From positions 2,480,001 to 2,544,000 of the forward strand of contig CAKKNE010000006.1 in NCBI GenBank assembly GCA_918797485.1: DNA of 64,000 nucleotides, in the 5' to 3' direction. Both the position numbers and the translations under genes were made by a program. The notes under the pieces are model-generated. The model ran no database searches, was not told the DNA's origin, and saw nothing but the letters and a program-made list of their open reading frames with translations. The stretch's first letter is position 1, and each line of letters opens with the position of its first letter. The DNA comes from Pelagomonas calceolata. Its lineage: Eukaryota. Shown piece after piece: positions 50,505 to 61,033 of this stretch.

Positions 50505-52715
50505 ATGGAGGCCCTCACCCTCGCCTGCGCCGGCGCCGAGGCCTTGGTCGGCGTCGCCGGCATCATCGTCGACCAGAACAAGTCGTTCCACTACGACGCG
50601 TCGCTCGAGGACGCTCTCGCAGCGTTAGCGTTCTGCGCATTAGTGACGCTTGTACTAAGACAACAAGAGCGCCACGGCTTGGCCGCCTTCGCCTCCGTGG
50701 TAGGTTTGCTCTACGGCGGTGCCAAGGGCCTTGTCATCGGCCTCTCGCACCACTCGGTGAACACGGCATCTATTGTACTGTGCGCCGTATGCGGTGTCCT
50801 CGCGGTCGGGTCCATCGCGGGCTCCCTGCGGGAACGCCGCATCCTGCGAGATAATGATGATTACCAGCTGCTCGAGGACGGCGCCAAGCCCGCGCGCCTG
50901 TCAGCCTACGCGATATTACGCTTACTGAAACCTTACTTCTGGCCCCGGAGTTTAGTTGGAAGATTAGCTGTGTTCTCCACTCTACTCTTCGTCATACTGA
51001 GCAAGGTCTGCACGGTAGTGGCGCCACTAGTATTAGCGAGTGCTGCGGACGCCGTCGCCGCGAGGGACAAGAATGGAGTACATAAAGCAATAAAAATGTC
51101 GCTGTTCTACGCTCTATTAACGTTCACGGGCAAGGTGATGAAGGAATGTCAATCCCTAGCTTACCTAAATGTGCAAAAATACGCCTTCATCGACCTGTCC
51201 TCAGATACCTTCGCGCACCTCCATTCGTTATCTCTACAGTGGGCTTTGTCCAAGAAGATGGGCGAGGTCGTGAGAATTACCGACAGAGGAATAGCTGGCT
51301 GTGACACGTTTATGAAGTATGGGGTCCTGTACATAGGACCGTCGATCGGGGAGGCGGTCGCGGTCTGTATCCTCTTCTACGTCCATTTCAAGCTCTGGAG
51401 TCTCTCGTTATTAGTCTTTGGTGCTGTGGGTGCGTACGCCATCTTAACCGTAAAGATGACCTTGTGGCGGAAGCGCTTCCGCTCCGCCATGAACAAGTCG
51501 GACAACGCGTGGCACGACCGCCTGACGGATTCGCTGGTCAACTTCGAAACCGTAAAATATTTTACTGCTGAGGCGTACGAGAACGAACAATTTTCCCGAG
51601 AGATCGCCAAGTACCAGAAGAGCTCCGTCTCAGTACAAGCATCTCTATCCGCATTGAACATCAGCCAGCAGGTTATTTTATGTGGTTGTTTAGGAGGGGC
51701 CATGGCTCTTTCTGCCTTAGCGGTTCACAAAGGCGAAGCCAGTGTAGGAGGCTTCGTGGCCGTCAACGTCTGGGTCATCAACTTGTTTGCGCCTTTAAAT
51801 TTCCTCGGGACGGTCTACAACGCTCTCATCACGGCTACTGTAGACTTAAGGAATTTATCAGAGCTACTTGCACAAAAGCCGCTCGTCAAAGACGGTCCCG
51901 CGGAGCACCCGGCGCTCGCTTCCAAAAGCCCTATTGGGGTGGCTTTTGCGGATGTCAAGTTCCGGTATCCCGGCGTCACGGCAGTAGACGCCGGTTTGAA
52001 GCAGGTGTCCTTCGAGGTTAAAGCGGGGACGTCATTAGGCATCGTCGGCCCCACCGGTGCGGGCAAGTCGACGATAGCCCGGTTACTGTTTCGCTTCTTC
52101 GATGTGGAAGGGGGTTCCGTGAGCGTGGGCGGTCTCGATGTTCGTAGTGTCACACAAGCGTCTTTGCGACGGCTCATGGGCGTCGTGCCGCAGGACACGG
52201 TCCTGTTCAACTCTTCCTTAGATTACAATATAAGGTACGGCAAGCGGAACTGCTCTACGGAAGAACGCGACGACGCCGCGAAACATGCATCTCTCAGTGC
52301 TTTCGTTAGTCGCTTAGAGGAGGGCTGGGACACGGTTGTGGGCGAGCGCGGGCTGAAACTGAGTGGGGGCGAGAAGCAGCGCGTGGCCATCGCGCGGTTG
52401 TTCGTCAAGAATCCTCCGATAGTGCTGCTCGACGAAGCGACCTCGGCTTTGGACTCGCGGACCGAGGCGGACATCCAGGGCGCTTTAGCGGCGCTGTCGT
52501 CCGATCGCACGTCCGTGACCATCGCGCATCGATTGGGCACGATCTCGAATTGCGATGCGATCATCGTGTTGAATGCCGGAAGGATCACGGAGCGCGGGTC
52601 GCACGCGGAATTGCTGGCGCTCGAGGGCGAGTACAAGGCCATGTGGGACGCGCAAGCTAGGAATTCGGAGGCCGAGGAGGTCAAGGAGGAGCCTTCCGAG
52701 GCCGAGCCCCAGTGA
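50505..52715 (+). CDS. ABCB6/HMT1/ATM1-type ABC half transporter with an N-terminal membrane extension
   Basis: LKPYFWP, DSLVNFETVKYF, PLNFLGTVY, Walker A GPTGAGKS, VVPQDTVLFN, LSGGEKQR, LLDEATSALD, IAHRL. Confidence 0.93.
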   Translation: MEALTLACAGAEALVGVAGIIVDQNKSFHYDASLEDALAALAFCALVTLVLRQQERHGLAAFASVVGLLYGGAKGLVIGLSHHSVNTASIVLCAVCGVLAVGSIAGSLRERRILRDNDDYQLLEDGAKPARLSAYAILRLLKPYFWPRSLVGRLAVFSTLLFVILSKVCTVVAPLVLASAADAVAARDKNGVHKAIKMSLFYALLTFTGKVMKECQSLAYLNVQKYAFIDLSSDTFAHLHSLSLQWALSKKMGEVVRITDRGIAGCDTFMKYGVLYIGPSIGEAVAVCILFYVHFKLWSLSLLVFGAVGAYAILTVKMTLWRKRFRSAMNKSDNAWHDRLTDSLVNFETVKYFTAEAYENEQFSREIAKYQKSSVSVQASLSALNISQQVILCGCLGGAMALSALAVHKGEASVGGFVAVNVWVINLFAPLNFLGTVYNALITATVDLRNLSELLAQKPLVKDGPAEHPALASKSPIGVAFADVKFRYPGVTAVDAGLKQVSFEVKAGTSLGIVGPTGAGKSTIARLLFRFFDVEGGSVSVGGLDVRSVTQASLRRLMGVVPQDTVLFNSSLDYNIRYGKRNCSTEERDDAAKHASLSAFVSRLEEGWDTVVGERGLKLSGGEKQRVAIARLFVKNPPIVLLDEATSALDSRTEADIQGALAALSSDRTSVTIAHRLGTISNCDAIIVLNAGRITERGSHAELLALEGEYKAMWDAQARNSEAEEVKEEPSEAEPQ

Positions 52716-52736
52716 GTAAGAGGTCTTTTGTTATTT

Positions 52737-52759
52737 CTAGTGTCTTACTGGCCGCTAGC
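52737..52759 (+). promoter_or_regulatory. CTAG-bipartite intergenic motif, copy 10
   Basis: CTAGTGTCTTACTGGCCGCTAGC, upstream of ATG 52990. Confidence 0.7.
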
Positions 52760-52989
52760 CCTGGCACGCGCCGCGTTTTTGCTCGAATTTCGTCCGCAGA
52801 ACCAATTCACGGCCCGATAGTGGCACGCGGCCTTCGAGTGCGCAACACGGCGACCACGGATCGCGGGGTCAAAGAGCTATCTCTTGCTAGGATTGGTGTC
52901 TGGTTGGCAATTTAGCTGGCGTGTGGCCTAATACATATCTCTTGTCCGTCTCGCCTCTAAAGTCGACTCCCAGGAGGCGCACGGTACCG

Positions 52990-53571
52990 ATGTTTCGCCT
53001 CGGTTTCGTGGGCTCGATCTTCACGACCGGCGTGGTCACGGGCCAGGCGGTTAACGACGCGAACCGCGTCAACCGGCAGACCTCGGATCAACTGCTGGAC
53101 AATGAGATACTCGTCGCCGAGACGAAATTGAAGAAAGCCAAGGCGTCGCAAGGGAGATGCTGCGGCGCGTCCGAGCGCACGGTCGCACGACTCGAAGCGC
53201 GTCTCGCGAAGCTGCGCCTGGTCAAGGAGGACCGGGCGACCTTCGACGTCGTTGTGCCGCCGGGGGGGCATGCGGGCGCGCTCCTCCAAGTAACGGACCC
53301 AATGGGCCGCGTCGTCAACGCGACCGTGCCCGACGGCCTCCGCGAGGGCGACACGTTCTCGCTGCCCTACGTCGACAAGCTACCCGTCGCGGCGGCGACG
53401 GCGACTCCGGCCAACACGCCCCTGTCGCAAGCCGTCCCTTCGAGCAGCTCTAGCGGCGCGCCGACGGGCGGCGACGGCGAGCCGTCCGGGTCGTCCGGCC
53501 CGTCGAGCCGCTCGAGCGCCCACCAGAGTGTCATCTCCGAACAGCCGACACTCCAGAGCGATCCCAGTTGA
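52990..53571 (+). CDS. Hypothetical protein with a coiled coil and a VVPPG beta-repeat
   Basis: FDVVVPPGGHAGALLQV...ATVPDGLREGDTF, the same module type as gene 18420. Confidence 0.55.
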   Translation: MFRLGFVGSIFTTGVVTGQAVNDANRVNRQTSDQLLDNEILVAETKLKKAKASQGRCCGASERTVARLEARLAKLRLVKEDRATFDVVVPPGGHAGALLQVTDPMGRVVNATVPDGLREGDTFSLPYVDKLPVAAATATPANTPLSQAVPSSSSSGAPTGGDGEPSGSSGPSSRSSAHQSVISEQPTLQSDPS

Positions 53572-53627
53572 GGCCGACTACGCCGATTGACATTCACGCT
53601 CAGTTCGTAATTCACACTTGATTCTTA

Positions 53628-54677
53628 CTAGTAGTAGTCCGGGTCGTCGCCGAGCGTCAGCGTCGACGATGCAAGTTGTCGCTTTTTGCGCGCGTTCTCC
53701 GCCCGCTGCCTGCCGAGTTCCCCGCCCGTCACGCGCCCGGAAAACAGTTCGTGGTTCGAGTGCCAGTAGTCGTTCGCGTGGTCACCGAGCCGCAGGGTCG
53801 AAGCCGAGTTCTTGAGGCGCAGCTGTTTGTTGTGCGCCCGCTCCGTCTGCAGCTGGCGGTAGTGCTTCTCGTAGTCGATGGGCGCCGCGGGCGACGGGTC
53901 GTATTTTTCATCTCCAGCTTTCCGCTCCCACGAGAGCGCGTCGGACTTGCCGTACTTGAATTGTATTTTTTTGTCCCAGCACGCGCGCCGTTGTTTGAAG
54001 AAGGCCGTGTCCGGCTTGCTCGCGACGCCCTTGCCGGCCGCGCTCACGCGGTCCGCGAAGCGTTTCGAGGGACCCCTATCTTGGCCGCCTTGGGGCAACT
54101 TTTGGATGGGCGGCAGGGCCTGGCGCGGCCGCGGCGGCTCGCGCGGCGGCGGCTCGCGCGCGCGCGGCGGCGACGCGACGAAGCGGCCCACGCCGGTCGG
54201 CGCCGGCGGCGCGCGCGGCTGCCGCTCGTGCGCCGCCAACGCCGCGGCCGTCAGGCGCGCTGGCTGTGCGTTTACGTTAGGTTCCACTGGCCCTCGTCGC
54301 GCAGGCTCGAACCTCGGCGCTTCGGACCGTCGCCGTGCTGGCTCGAGCCTCGGCGCTTCGGGCTGCCGCCGCGCCGCGGGCGCCGCCGCGCGCAGCGGCG
54401 CGGCCACGCGCTCGCGCCACGTCGACGCCCGCCGCGGTTTGAGGATCGTGTCCTCGCGCTCGTCGACCGCGGCGCGCCGTCGCCGCCGCGGCGGCGGCTG
54501 CTTGTAGGACGGCCGCGCCGAGGCCGGCGCGAGGCGCTGCTGCTTGAGCGCGTAGGCGTCGCGGATCGTGCCCGGCAGCGCGGGCAGCTGCTCGCGCCGG
54601 GCGAAGCTGCCCGCGTGGGGGCGGCTCAGGCCGTGGCTCTGCTTCATGCGCGCGAGCATGACCTCCTGGAGGCCCAT
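53628..54677 (-). CDS. Hypothetical Pro/Arg-rich protein
   Basis: 349-aa ORF with a duplicated STL(R/T)LGD motif at the C-terminus. Confidence 0.55.
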   Translation of the reverse strand: MGLQEVMLARMKQSHGLSRPHAGSFARREQLPALPGTIRDAYALKQQRLAPASARPSYKQPPPRRRRRAAVDEREDTILKPRRASTWRERVAAPLRAAAPAARRQPEAPRLEPARRRSEAPRFEPARRGPVEPNVNAQPARLTAAALAAHERQPRAPPAPTGVGRFVASPPRAREPPPREPPRPRQALPPIQKLPQGGQDRGPSKRFADRVSAAGKGVASKPDTAFFKQRRACWDKKIQFKYGKSDALSWERKAGDEKYDPSPAAPIDYEKHYRQLQTERAHNKQLRLKNSASTLRLGDHANDYWHSNHELFSGRVTGGELGRQRAENARKKRQLASSTLTLGDDPDYY

Positions 54678-55086
54678 TTTGTCGCCTCCCGCTGTGCTCC
54701 TCTAGGGCCCTCGCGTTTGTTGCTCCCTGCAGTCGGCTGAGAGCAGTGCAGCAACTCAGCTCGTGGTCCGCAATGCAGTTCCGGACGAAACAGTCGCGTC
54801 GAATGGCGTGCGGGTGGACGATCGCGTCCTTTGGTGGCTGCCCTATGCCTATATCGATCTTTTGGGCAGCGCTCTCCCTGTTTGTTTGCATGGCGCTATC
54901 AAAGTGCTGCACCCGCACCCGCAGTGCACGAGTGAAGCCTAGCTGGAGGGCACAGCCAGTCAAAATAGCGGTCGTAGAGCTCCCTCGCGCTGCGCCGGCA
55001 AAACCCGTTGACTTTCCATAGTTATCCCCGCGGGAGCGGCCGCGTGGGGCGCGCCGCCTGGGCGGGGGGAGGACGCCGTCGGCGCG

Positions 55087-55631
55087 CTAGAGCTCCGCGA
55101 GGTAGTAGTCCAGGGCTCCGTCCACCGCCTGGTAGCCGTGGCCCGTGCGTCGGTTGACGAAGCCCTCGACCTGTTTGTTGAGGTCGTTGGACTCGCGGTA
55201 TACGATGTCCCGGCCCTCGAAGATGTTGTACGACCGGCCCTCCTTCTTGTCGACGCTCACGTCGACTAAGAAGTGCGCGTCGTCGTTATTTTCATCGCCT
55301 TTGATATTCTTGTCGAACTCGAAATCCATCGCTTCGACGCGTTTGCCGTCCTTCTTGAACTCGTTGCGTCCTTCAGCCGATGATTTCTTCACCTCCTCGA
55401 CGCCGATGTCTTTGAGCTCGAGCAGTTTGCCCGCCTTGTCTTTGAGCGAGAGCTCTTTCTCGTCCGCATCCTTGAATTTGGTCGGGCGGCAATCACACGT
55501 CGTGATGACAATCGGGCAGAGGTCCTTGATCTCCTCGGGATATTTTGAGAGGTCTGCTTTGTAGTCGTCCCCCTCCGTCTCCCAGCGCGGGGCCGCGGTC
55601 TTGGACTCGGTCTCCACACGAGAGGCCGACA
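55087..55631 (-). CDS. Hypothetical acidic/lysine-rich protein
   Basis: Strongly GC3-biased codons from MSASRVETESK. Confidence 0.6.
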
Positions 55632-55866
55632 TGATTATTGCTGTAGGCGAGTGGTTTCGAGTCGCTTTGCGCGGTGGTTGGCCGCTCTTGGATGATGAGT
55701 CGCGTCGGCTGGACGGCGTGCGAGAGCGTGTCCTCTGTGGCGAGTTAGCGCTCAATAAAGCCGGAAAGCTGGAAATTTGGGAGATGAGCTGGAGATATGG
55801 AGATGGCTGCTGGGCTTACCGACGCGCGTACGCCGTCGACGCGAACGATCAAACAAACAACACTAA

Positions 55867-57204
55867 TTACCCCTCCGTCCGCCACTCGTGCCCGCACGCC
55901 CGGCACGACACCGCCCACATGGAGTCCGGCGCGTCCTTCGACCCCCAGGTCTCCGTCTTGTGGGTCTGGAGGTTGCCGCCCCCTAAGGGTTCGCGGTCCG
56001 TGCGGCACGACCCGCAGGCGACGCACGGCCAGCCGTCGGCGCGGTCCTCGTCGCGCGTCACGACGATCTCTTCGCCGGCGCGCGCGTAGAGCTGCGTCGG
56101 CCGCGTGGGCTTGCGCCGCGACGCCTCCGCCTCGGACCCGAGCAGCGCCCCGAAGGGGTCGTCGTCGTCGGGCGCCTGCTGGCGCTCGGCCAGCCGCTTC
56201 GCCGCTTCCACTCCAACCGCCTCGGCGGCGCGCGCGAAGGCCCGCTGCCAGGCGCCCTCGACGCGCGGCGCCGCCGCGTCGATGCGGTCCCGCGCAACGA
56301 CGCGGCTCCGGCCTCTCCGGAACGCCGCGCCGGCGAACCAGTGGTAGAGGCAGGCGGCGCCGCCGCGGTCCGTCTCGAGGCAGGCCGGCGCGCCGCACGC
56401 GTCGCAGGTCTGGCGCGGGTCCGGCGGCGCGAGTTGTCGTGGTGGTGGCGCCGCCCCCGGCGGCGCCCGCGCCGGCGCGGGTCGTCGTGGTGGGGGCGCT
56501 GGGCGCCGCGGCGGCGGCGGCGCGGGCGGGCGCGGCGGTGCCGACGCCGGCGCTTCTGCGGCTGCGGCGGCTAACCGCTCCCGCGCGCTCTTCTTCTTCG
56601 GTCGCTTCGGCGCGGGCCGGAGCGCCGCCGCGAGCGGGTCGCGCGGCCGCGTCGAGCGCACTCCAACAATCGTCGCGCCGCGGCCCGGCGCGGGGGCCCG
56701 CTTCGAGGCGAGGTGGCGGCGGTCCGATGGCGGTGGCTCCACGGTCGTCGCGGCGTAGCCGAAGACGTTGCGGTGGCGCGCTGGCTGCTGGTCCACTTGC
56801 GGTGGCGCTGGTGGCGCTGGCGGCTGTGCCGGCGCTGGCGGCGCTGGTGCTGGCGCCGGCGGTGGCGGTGGCGCTGCAGCTGGCGTATCAGCAGCGTCGT
56901 CGTCCCGGGTCAGGTCCACCACTTGTTGTGGCGCTGGCGCTGGCGGCTGCGCTGGCGCTGGTGCTGGCGCTGGCGCTGGCACTACGTCGTCAGACCCCGG
57001 CAATTCCGGCTCGGCCGGCGCAGGGGCGGGCGCGCGCCGCCGCCGTCGCCGCGGCGGTGCGGCCGGAGCCGGCGCAGAGGGCTCCTCCTCGGCAGCGCGG
57101 CGCGTGGCGCTCCGCGTCCGCCGTCTACCGGCGCGTGCGGTCGCCGGCGCGTCGTTGCTGCCGGCCGTGTTGTGATCAGCTATTTCGCGCAGGGCACGCT
57201 TCAT
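55867..57204 (-). CDS. Pro/Ala-rich protein with a C-terminal zinc ribbon (TFIIS-C-like)
   Basis: CDACG...CLYH and CVACGS...CRACGHEW. Confidence 0.65.
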   Translation of the reverse strand: MKRALREIADHNTAGSNDAPATARAGRRRTRSATRRAAEEEPSAPAPAAPPRRRRRRAPAPAPAEPELPGSDDVVPAPAPAPAPAQPPAPAPQQVVDLTRDDDAADTPAAAPPPPPAPAPAPPAPAQPPAPPAPPQVDQQPARHRNVFGYAATTVEPPPSDRRHLASKRAPAPGRGATIVGVRSTRPRDPLAAALRPAPKRPKKKSARERLAAAAAEAPASAPPRPPAPPPPRRPAPPPRRPAPARAPPGAAPPPRQLAPPDPRQTCDACGAPACLETDRGGAACLYHWFAGAAFRRGRSRVVARDRIDAAAPRVEGAWQRAFARAAEAVGVEAAKRLAERQQAPDDDDPFGALLGSEAEASRRKPTRPTQLYARAGEEIVVTRDEDRADGWPCVACGSCRTDREPLGGGNLQTHKTETWGSKDAPDSMWAVSCRACGHEWRTEG

Positions 57205-57382
57205 TGTCGACCGCTGGCGTGAGTACGAGCTTGTACAAGAGAGAGAGCCCACAGCACAGAGCTGCGTCAGCGGGCTTATTCCTCGAGCGGCGTGCACCAG
57301 GCCTTCGCAGCGATCGATAACGCTTCCTGGCAGTGCGTTTTACGCGCCAGCGGGCCAGGCGTGCGCGGTGCCAAAAAACGCA

Positions 57383-57405
57383 GCTAGCGTCCATTGACAC
57401 ACTAG
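57383..57405 (-). promoter_or_regulatory. CTAG-bipartite intergenic motif, copy 11 (divergent)
   Basis: Minus strand CTAGTGTGTCAATGGACGCTAGC, centred between divergent ATGs. Confidence 0.55.
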
Positions 57406-57591
57406 CGCGCAGAGGTCCTTGCGAAAAATATCGCATTGGCAGCCCAGAGACACGGCATTGCTGTTTGTGGAAGCTTCTGCAACCAAATTAATCGCTCCTC
57501 GGCGAGTCCTGCGCGTTTGCAGCACCAGATTTGCCGGAGAGCACGCTTAAAACACAAAGGCTGCGCCAGACGCCATCGACGCGATCACAAG

Positions 57592-59551
57592 ATGGTCAAC
57601 TACTCCAAGTGGGACGCCATCGGCGATTCGTCAGACGACGAAGCACCATCAAGACTAGCGCAGGACGTCCAGACCAAATTAGCGGTCGCGCCTCCGGAAG
57701 CCCCGCCGCGGAACCCGAAAGCGGAAGTGCTCACCGATAGAGCCAACCAGGTCGTCAATTCCTTGATCGAGAAGCACGGCGAGGACAAAAGTCGACTCCT
57801 AGGCCCCGACGAGCGCGCCGCCTACCGCGAAGCCTGTACCTTGTATGATGGCGCCCTCAAAAACATGGAGGTCAAGGACGACAAGCTTTCCAGTCGTATT
57901 TTACTAAATATGGCCACGTGCCACTGGCAGGTCAACGAGTTCGGGCCGGCTAGGAAGGCTGCTTCCAGAGCATTGGACTTTGCCGTCGCAGAAGACAAGA
58001 GCAGAGCTCAAGACATCGTGGATGCCTGCGATCGAGAGCTTCGTAGAGTCGCGTCCACAAAAGACGGCGTCGACCACGCGGCCGCGGGCGACGCGGCTCT
58101 GCACGCGAAGGATTTTGCCGCTGGAGCCAAACATTTCTCCGCACTTTGTAAGGCCTTCAAGGGTAGCGGCGGCGAGGACGAGATCCACGCGTTGGCGCAT
58201 TTGGCTCTTTGTTATGAACAGCAGTCGAAATTCGGCGAGGCGGCTTCGCATTATGATAAAGCCGCCGAGGTCTGCGACAAGACGGATCAGGCCTCCGCAT
58301 CCACACCTCGACGGGCGCAGCTCGCGCAACGGGCCCAAATGTGCTACGAGAAGAATGGCGAGGATTCGAAGAGCGCCGCGTCGTGTGCGCGCGAGACGCG
58401 GCGGTGCGCTGATGACGCTGAATTGGCGCTGAAGTGCGCGGGGGCCTTCGCGCAGCGCTACCGTGAGCGGCAGTGTGGAATTTGGCTCGCTCCGACGGCG
58501 TCTAAGATCTCGCGTCCACGCAGGCAAGGAAAAGAAGAGCAAAGCCCTCGTGCTGCCCGCCTTAACGGTCGCCGTCGAGACCGCGACGAAAGCGAGGAAA
58601 CGGGACCCGAAGTGCCTGAAGACCGCTTCCCAAAGATTACTGTTGGCCACCGTCCTGGACGCGCTCGCGGACGGTCTATCGACACAGAAACAGTTCAAGG
58701 ACGCCCTACCAAAGGCCGAACGCGCCCTCAAGGAGTACGACGCCGTCGCCAAGGCCCATTTGCGGGCGAAGAACGAAGACGAGAACTTCCGCGCGCGGCG
58801 CGCGGCGGCGGGCTGCGCTCTAGCGGTGGCGTCCTGCCGCGCGGCGCTGCACAAGTACGACGACGCGGGGGACCAGTTCCGCGACGCCTCGAACCGCTAC
58901 GCGGGCGTGTCCGAGTTCCTGCGGGCGGGCCAGGCGGCCCTCAGCGCGGCGCGGTGCTTCACGAACGCCGGGTGCTCGCCGGAAGGCACGCAGGGGACCA
59001 TCGACGCCGAAGGTGGCCCGGGCGCCGCCGCGAACGTCGAGGACTACCAGCAGGCCGCGAAACTACTCGCGATTGCGTTAGATCTACCAAAAAACTCCGC
59101 AGACGACAAGGCCGCCATACAATCTTTACTAGCGAAGTCTCTGGTCGGCGCCGGGCGACCCAACGACGCCGTCGGCCCCGCAAAAAGTGCATTAGCTTAT
59201 CTCGATGCGAAACCTCGATCGGCGAATGACTCAAAGGACCGGGCCTCGGCCTGCGAGACGCTCGCCGACGCGCTGGCCGGCGCGGATCGACTCAGGGACG
59301 CGGCCTCGTGCCTCGAAAAGGCCGCGGTGTACTGCTTCGAGGACGATACACATCTGGGCACGGCGGGGGCCCAGCACCTCTTCAACGCCGCCGGCGCGCT
59401 CCAAAAGTGCGGCGACGGCGACGAGAGCGCGGCGATGTTCCGGAAAGCTAGAGACGCGTACAAGCGGCTCGGCCACCCGAAGGCCGCGCAGACGGCGCAG
59501 GAGCACGCGGAAGCGGCGTTGCGGGCGTGCGCCGAGGCCGTGCTGGACTGA
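57592..59551 (+). CDS. TPR-repeat protein with a Cdc37-like N-terminal motif; GT-AG intron at 58463-58523
   Basis: MVNYSKWDAIGDSSDDE followed by TPR-like helices. The 61-nt intron joins ORF 57436 and ORF 58463 in frame (QRYR|KEKKSK). Confidence 0.75.
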
Positions 59552-59584
59552 GGGTTCTTTTTTTGAGACGGGTAAGTTTACTCG

Positions 59585-59606
59585 CTAGTGTCTTTATGCC
59601 GCTAGT
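59585..59606 (+). promoter_or_regulatory. CTAG-bipartite intergenic motif, copy 12
   Basis: CTAGTGTCTTTATGCCGCTAGT, about 100 bp upstream of the rhomboid ATG. Confidence 0.6.
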
Positions 59607-59707
59607 CGTCAGCATCTGCGAGGCGCTTTTGCTACTCGTTGTGCTTGTCGCCACAGTGTTAAAGGACGTCAGCAGCTGCCGCATACGGCTGCGCTGCGCT
59701 GCAGGCG

Positions 59708-60391
59708 ATGGCGTTCGATGGCGTGCCGCTGTGCAGCGCTACCGTCGAGTTATCGAGCCTCACGCAATGGCCGCGCCGACGCCGTCGGGCGCACGCGGAC
59801 GCCGCGACGAACGTGCTCATTTGTGTGAACATTGGATGCTTCGCGTTGCAGTCGTTCTTGCCGCTGCTCGCGTTCGGGCAGCGCTCGACGCGTGCCATCC
59901 TTCGCCGCGGCGAGTGGTGGCGGCTCGCGACGCCGATGTTCTTGCACTCTAATGTGGAACACCTCCTGTCGAACCTCTGTGCCCTCTACAACCACGGCTG
60001 TCATGTGGAGGAAGGCCACGGATGGTGGCGCACGCTGCTCGTGTACGTCCTGTCGGGCATCGGCGGGAACTTCCTCGCGGCCTACATGGAGGGGCCGGCC
60101 TCGAATATTGTAGCAGTGGGCGCGAGCGGCGCGATTTGCGGTTTGGAGGCGGCGCGAGTCGTCGACGCCGTGCGGCACCTCGGCGCGCGGCCGGAGGAGG
60201 TCCTAAGGGACATTGTCATCCGGGAGGTCCTGAACAAGAGGTTGGGCAACATCGACGTCCACGGGCACGTCGGTGGCTATCTGACTGGTTTCGTCGCGGG
60301 CGCGGCCTTCGGAAGGCGCCTGGTCTTGGAGCGGGACGCGAAGGGCGGCCTGCGCGTCGTCGACCGGCCCCTCCTCGGGTTCTTGTTGTAG
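59708..60391 (+). CDS. Rhomboid intramembrane serine protease
   Basis: GEWWRLATPMFLH, HLLSN, catalytic VGASGA, GHVGG. Confidence 0.92.
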   Translation: MAFDGVPLCSATVELSSLTQWPRRRRRAHADAATNVLICVNIGCFALQSFLPLLAFGQRSTRAILRRGEWWRLATPMFLHSNVEHLLSNLCALYNHGCHVEEGHGWWRTLLVYVLSGIGGNFLAAYMEGPASNIVAVGASGAICGLEAARVVDAVRHLGARPEEVLRDIVIREVLNKRLGNIDVHGHVGGYLTGFVAGAAFGRRLVLERDAKGGLRVVDRPLLGFLL

Positions 60392-60679
60392 ACCCTAGAG
60401 AGCGCGTGAGCCCGGGCGAGCGGGCGAGCGACTCCTCCCGCGCCGAGAACCCATATGTAAATATATTCAGTACGAGTAGAGACCGCTAGTACCTTTCTGC
60501 GATGAGCCTGCCTGGCAAAGACAAGCTTTTGGGGCTCGCAAACGCAGCCCCTGACGAGCATACGCGGCGCATAGGCTCCTCGTATCTCGCACGCCACCGT
60601 CCGCCACCGCTGCCGATAAAACGCGCCTCTGTGGCCCGCAGCCCCACGTGCTTCCACAAGGCTCAGAGGCTCTTACAAC

Positions 60680-61033
60680 ATGAATGCCGACGACGGACCG
60701 GAGGCGTACCTGCAAGCGTTGGAGGCCGACGCTACAAGACGTGTAGTAGAAAAGTGGCGAAAGGAGGGTTTTTCTCAGCAACGCATTAGGGAGGGTCTGG
60801 AGCGGCTGGAGCGGTGCAAGACCGAGACCGTAATGCGCCGCTACGTCGACCCGGCGTCGGGCCGGCCGTACTGGCACGACGCGACTACAGGTAGGTCGTA
60901 CTGGGACGACGCGACGACGTCGGCGCCCTTGAATGACCCCGCGGCGCCGGCGCCGGCGCCCGCGGCCGCGCCGGTGCCCGCGGCCGCGGTGTTGGCCGCG
61001 ATTAACCCCGACAAATACGACATCCGGCTCTAG
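60680..61033 (+). CDS. Small WW-domain protein
   Basis: YVDPASGRPYWHDATTGRSYWD (first Trp of the domain replaced). Confidence 0.6.
   Translation: MNADDGPEAYLQALEADATRRVVEKWRKEGFSQQRIREGLERLERCKTETVMRRYVDPASGRPYWHDATTGRSYWDDATTSAPLNDPAAPAPAPAAAPVPAAAVLAAINPDKYDIRL

Noticed and set aside
41577..52715. Metal-resistance gene cluster (ArsO-like + HMT1-like)
   Set aside because: The two genes are separated by four unrelated genes; no evidence of co-regulation.
57436..59551. Apparent frameshift or programmed recoding between overlapping ORFs
   Set aside because: Explained by a 61-nt GT-AG intron at 58463-58523.
5075..59606. The CTAG motif as a CRISPR repeat or tRNA fragment
   Set aside because: Copies are dispersed kilobases apart in both orientations, with no spacer array, no cas genes and no cloverleaf.
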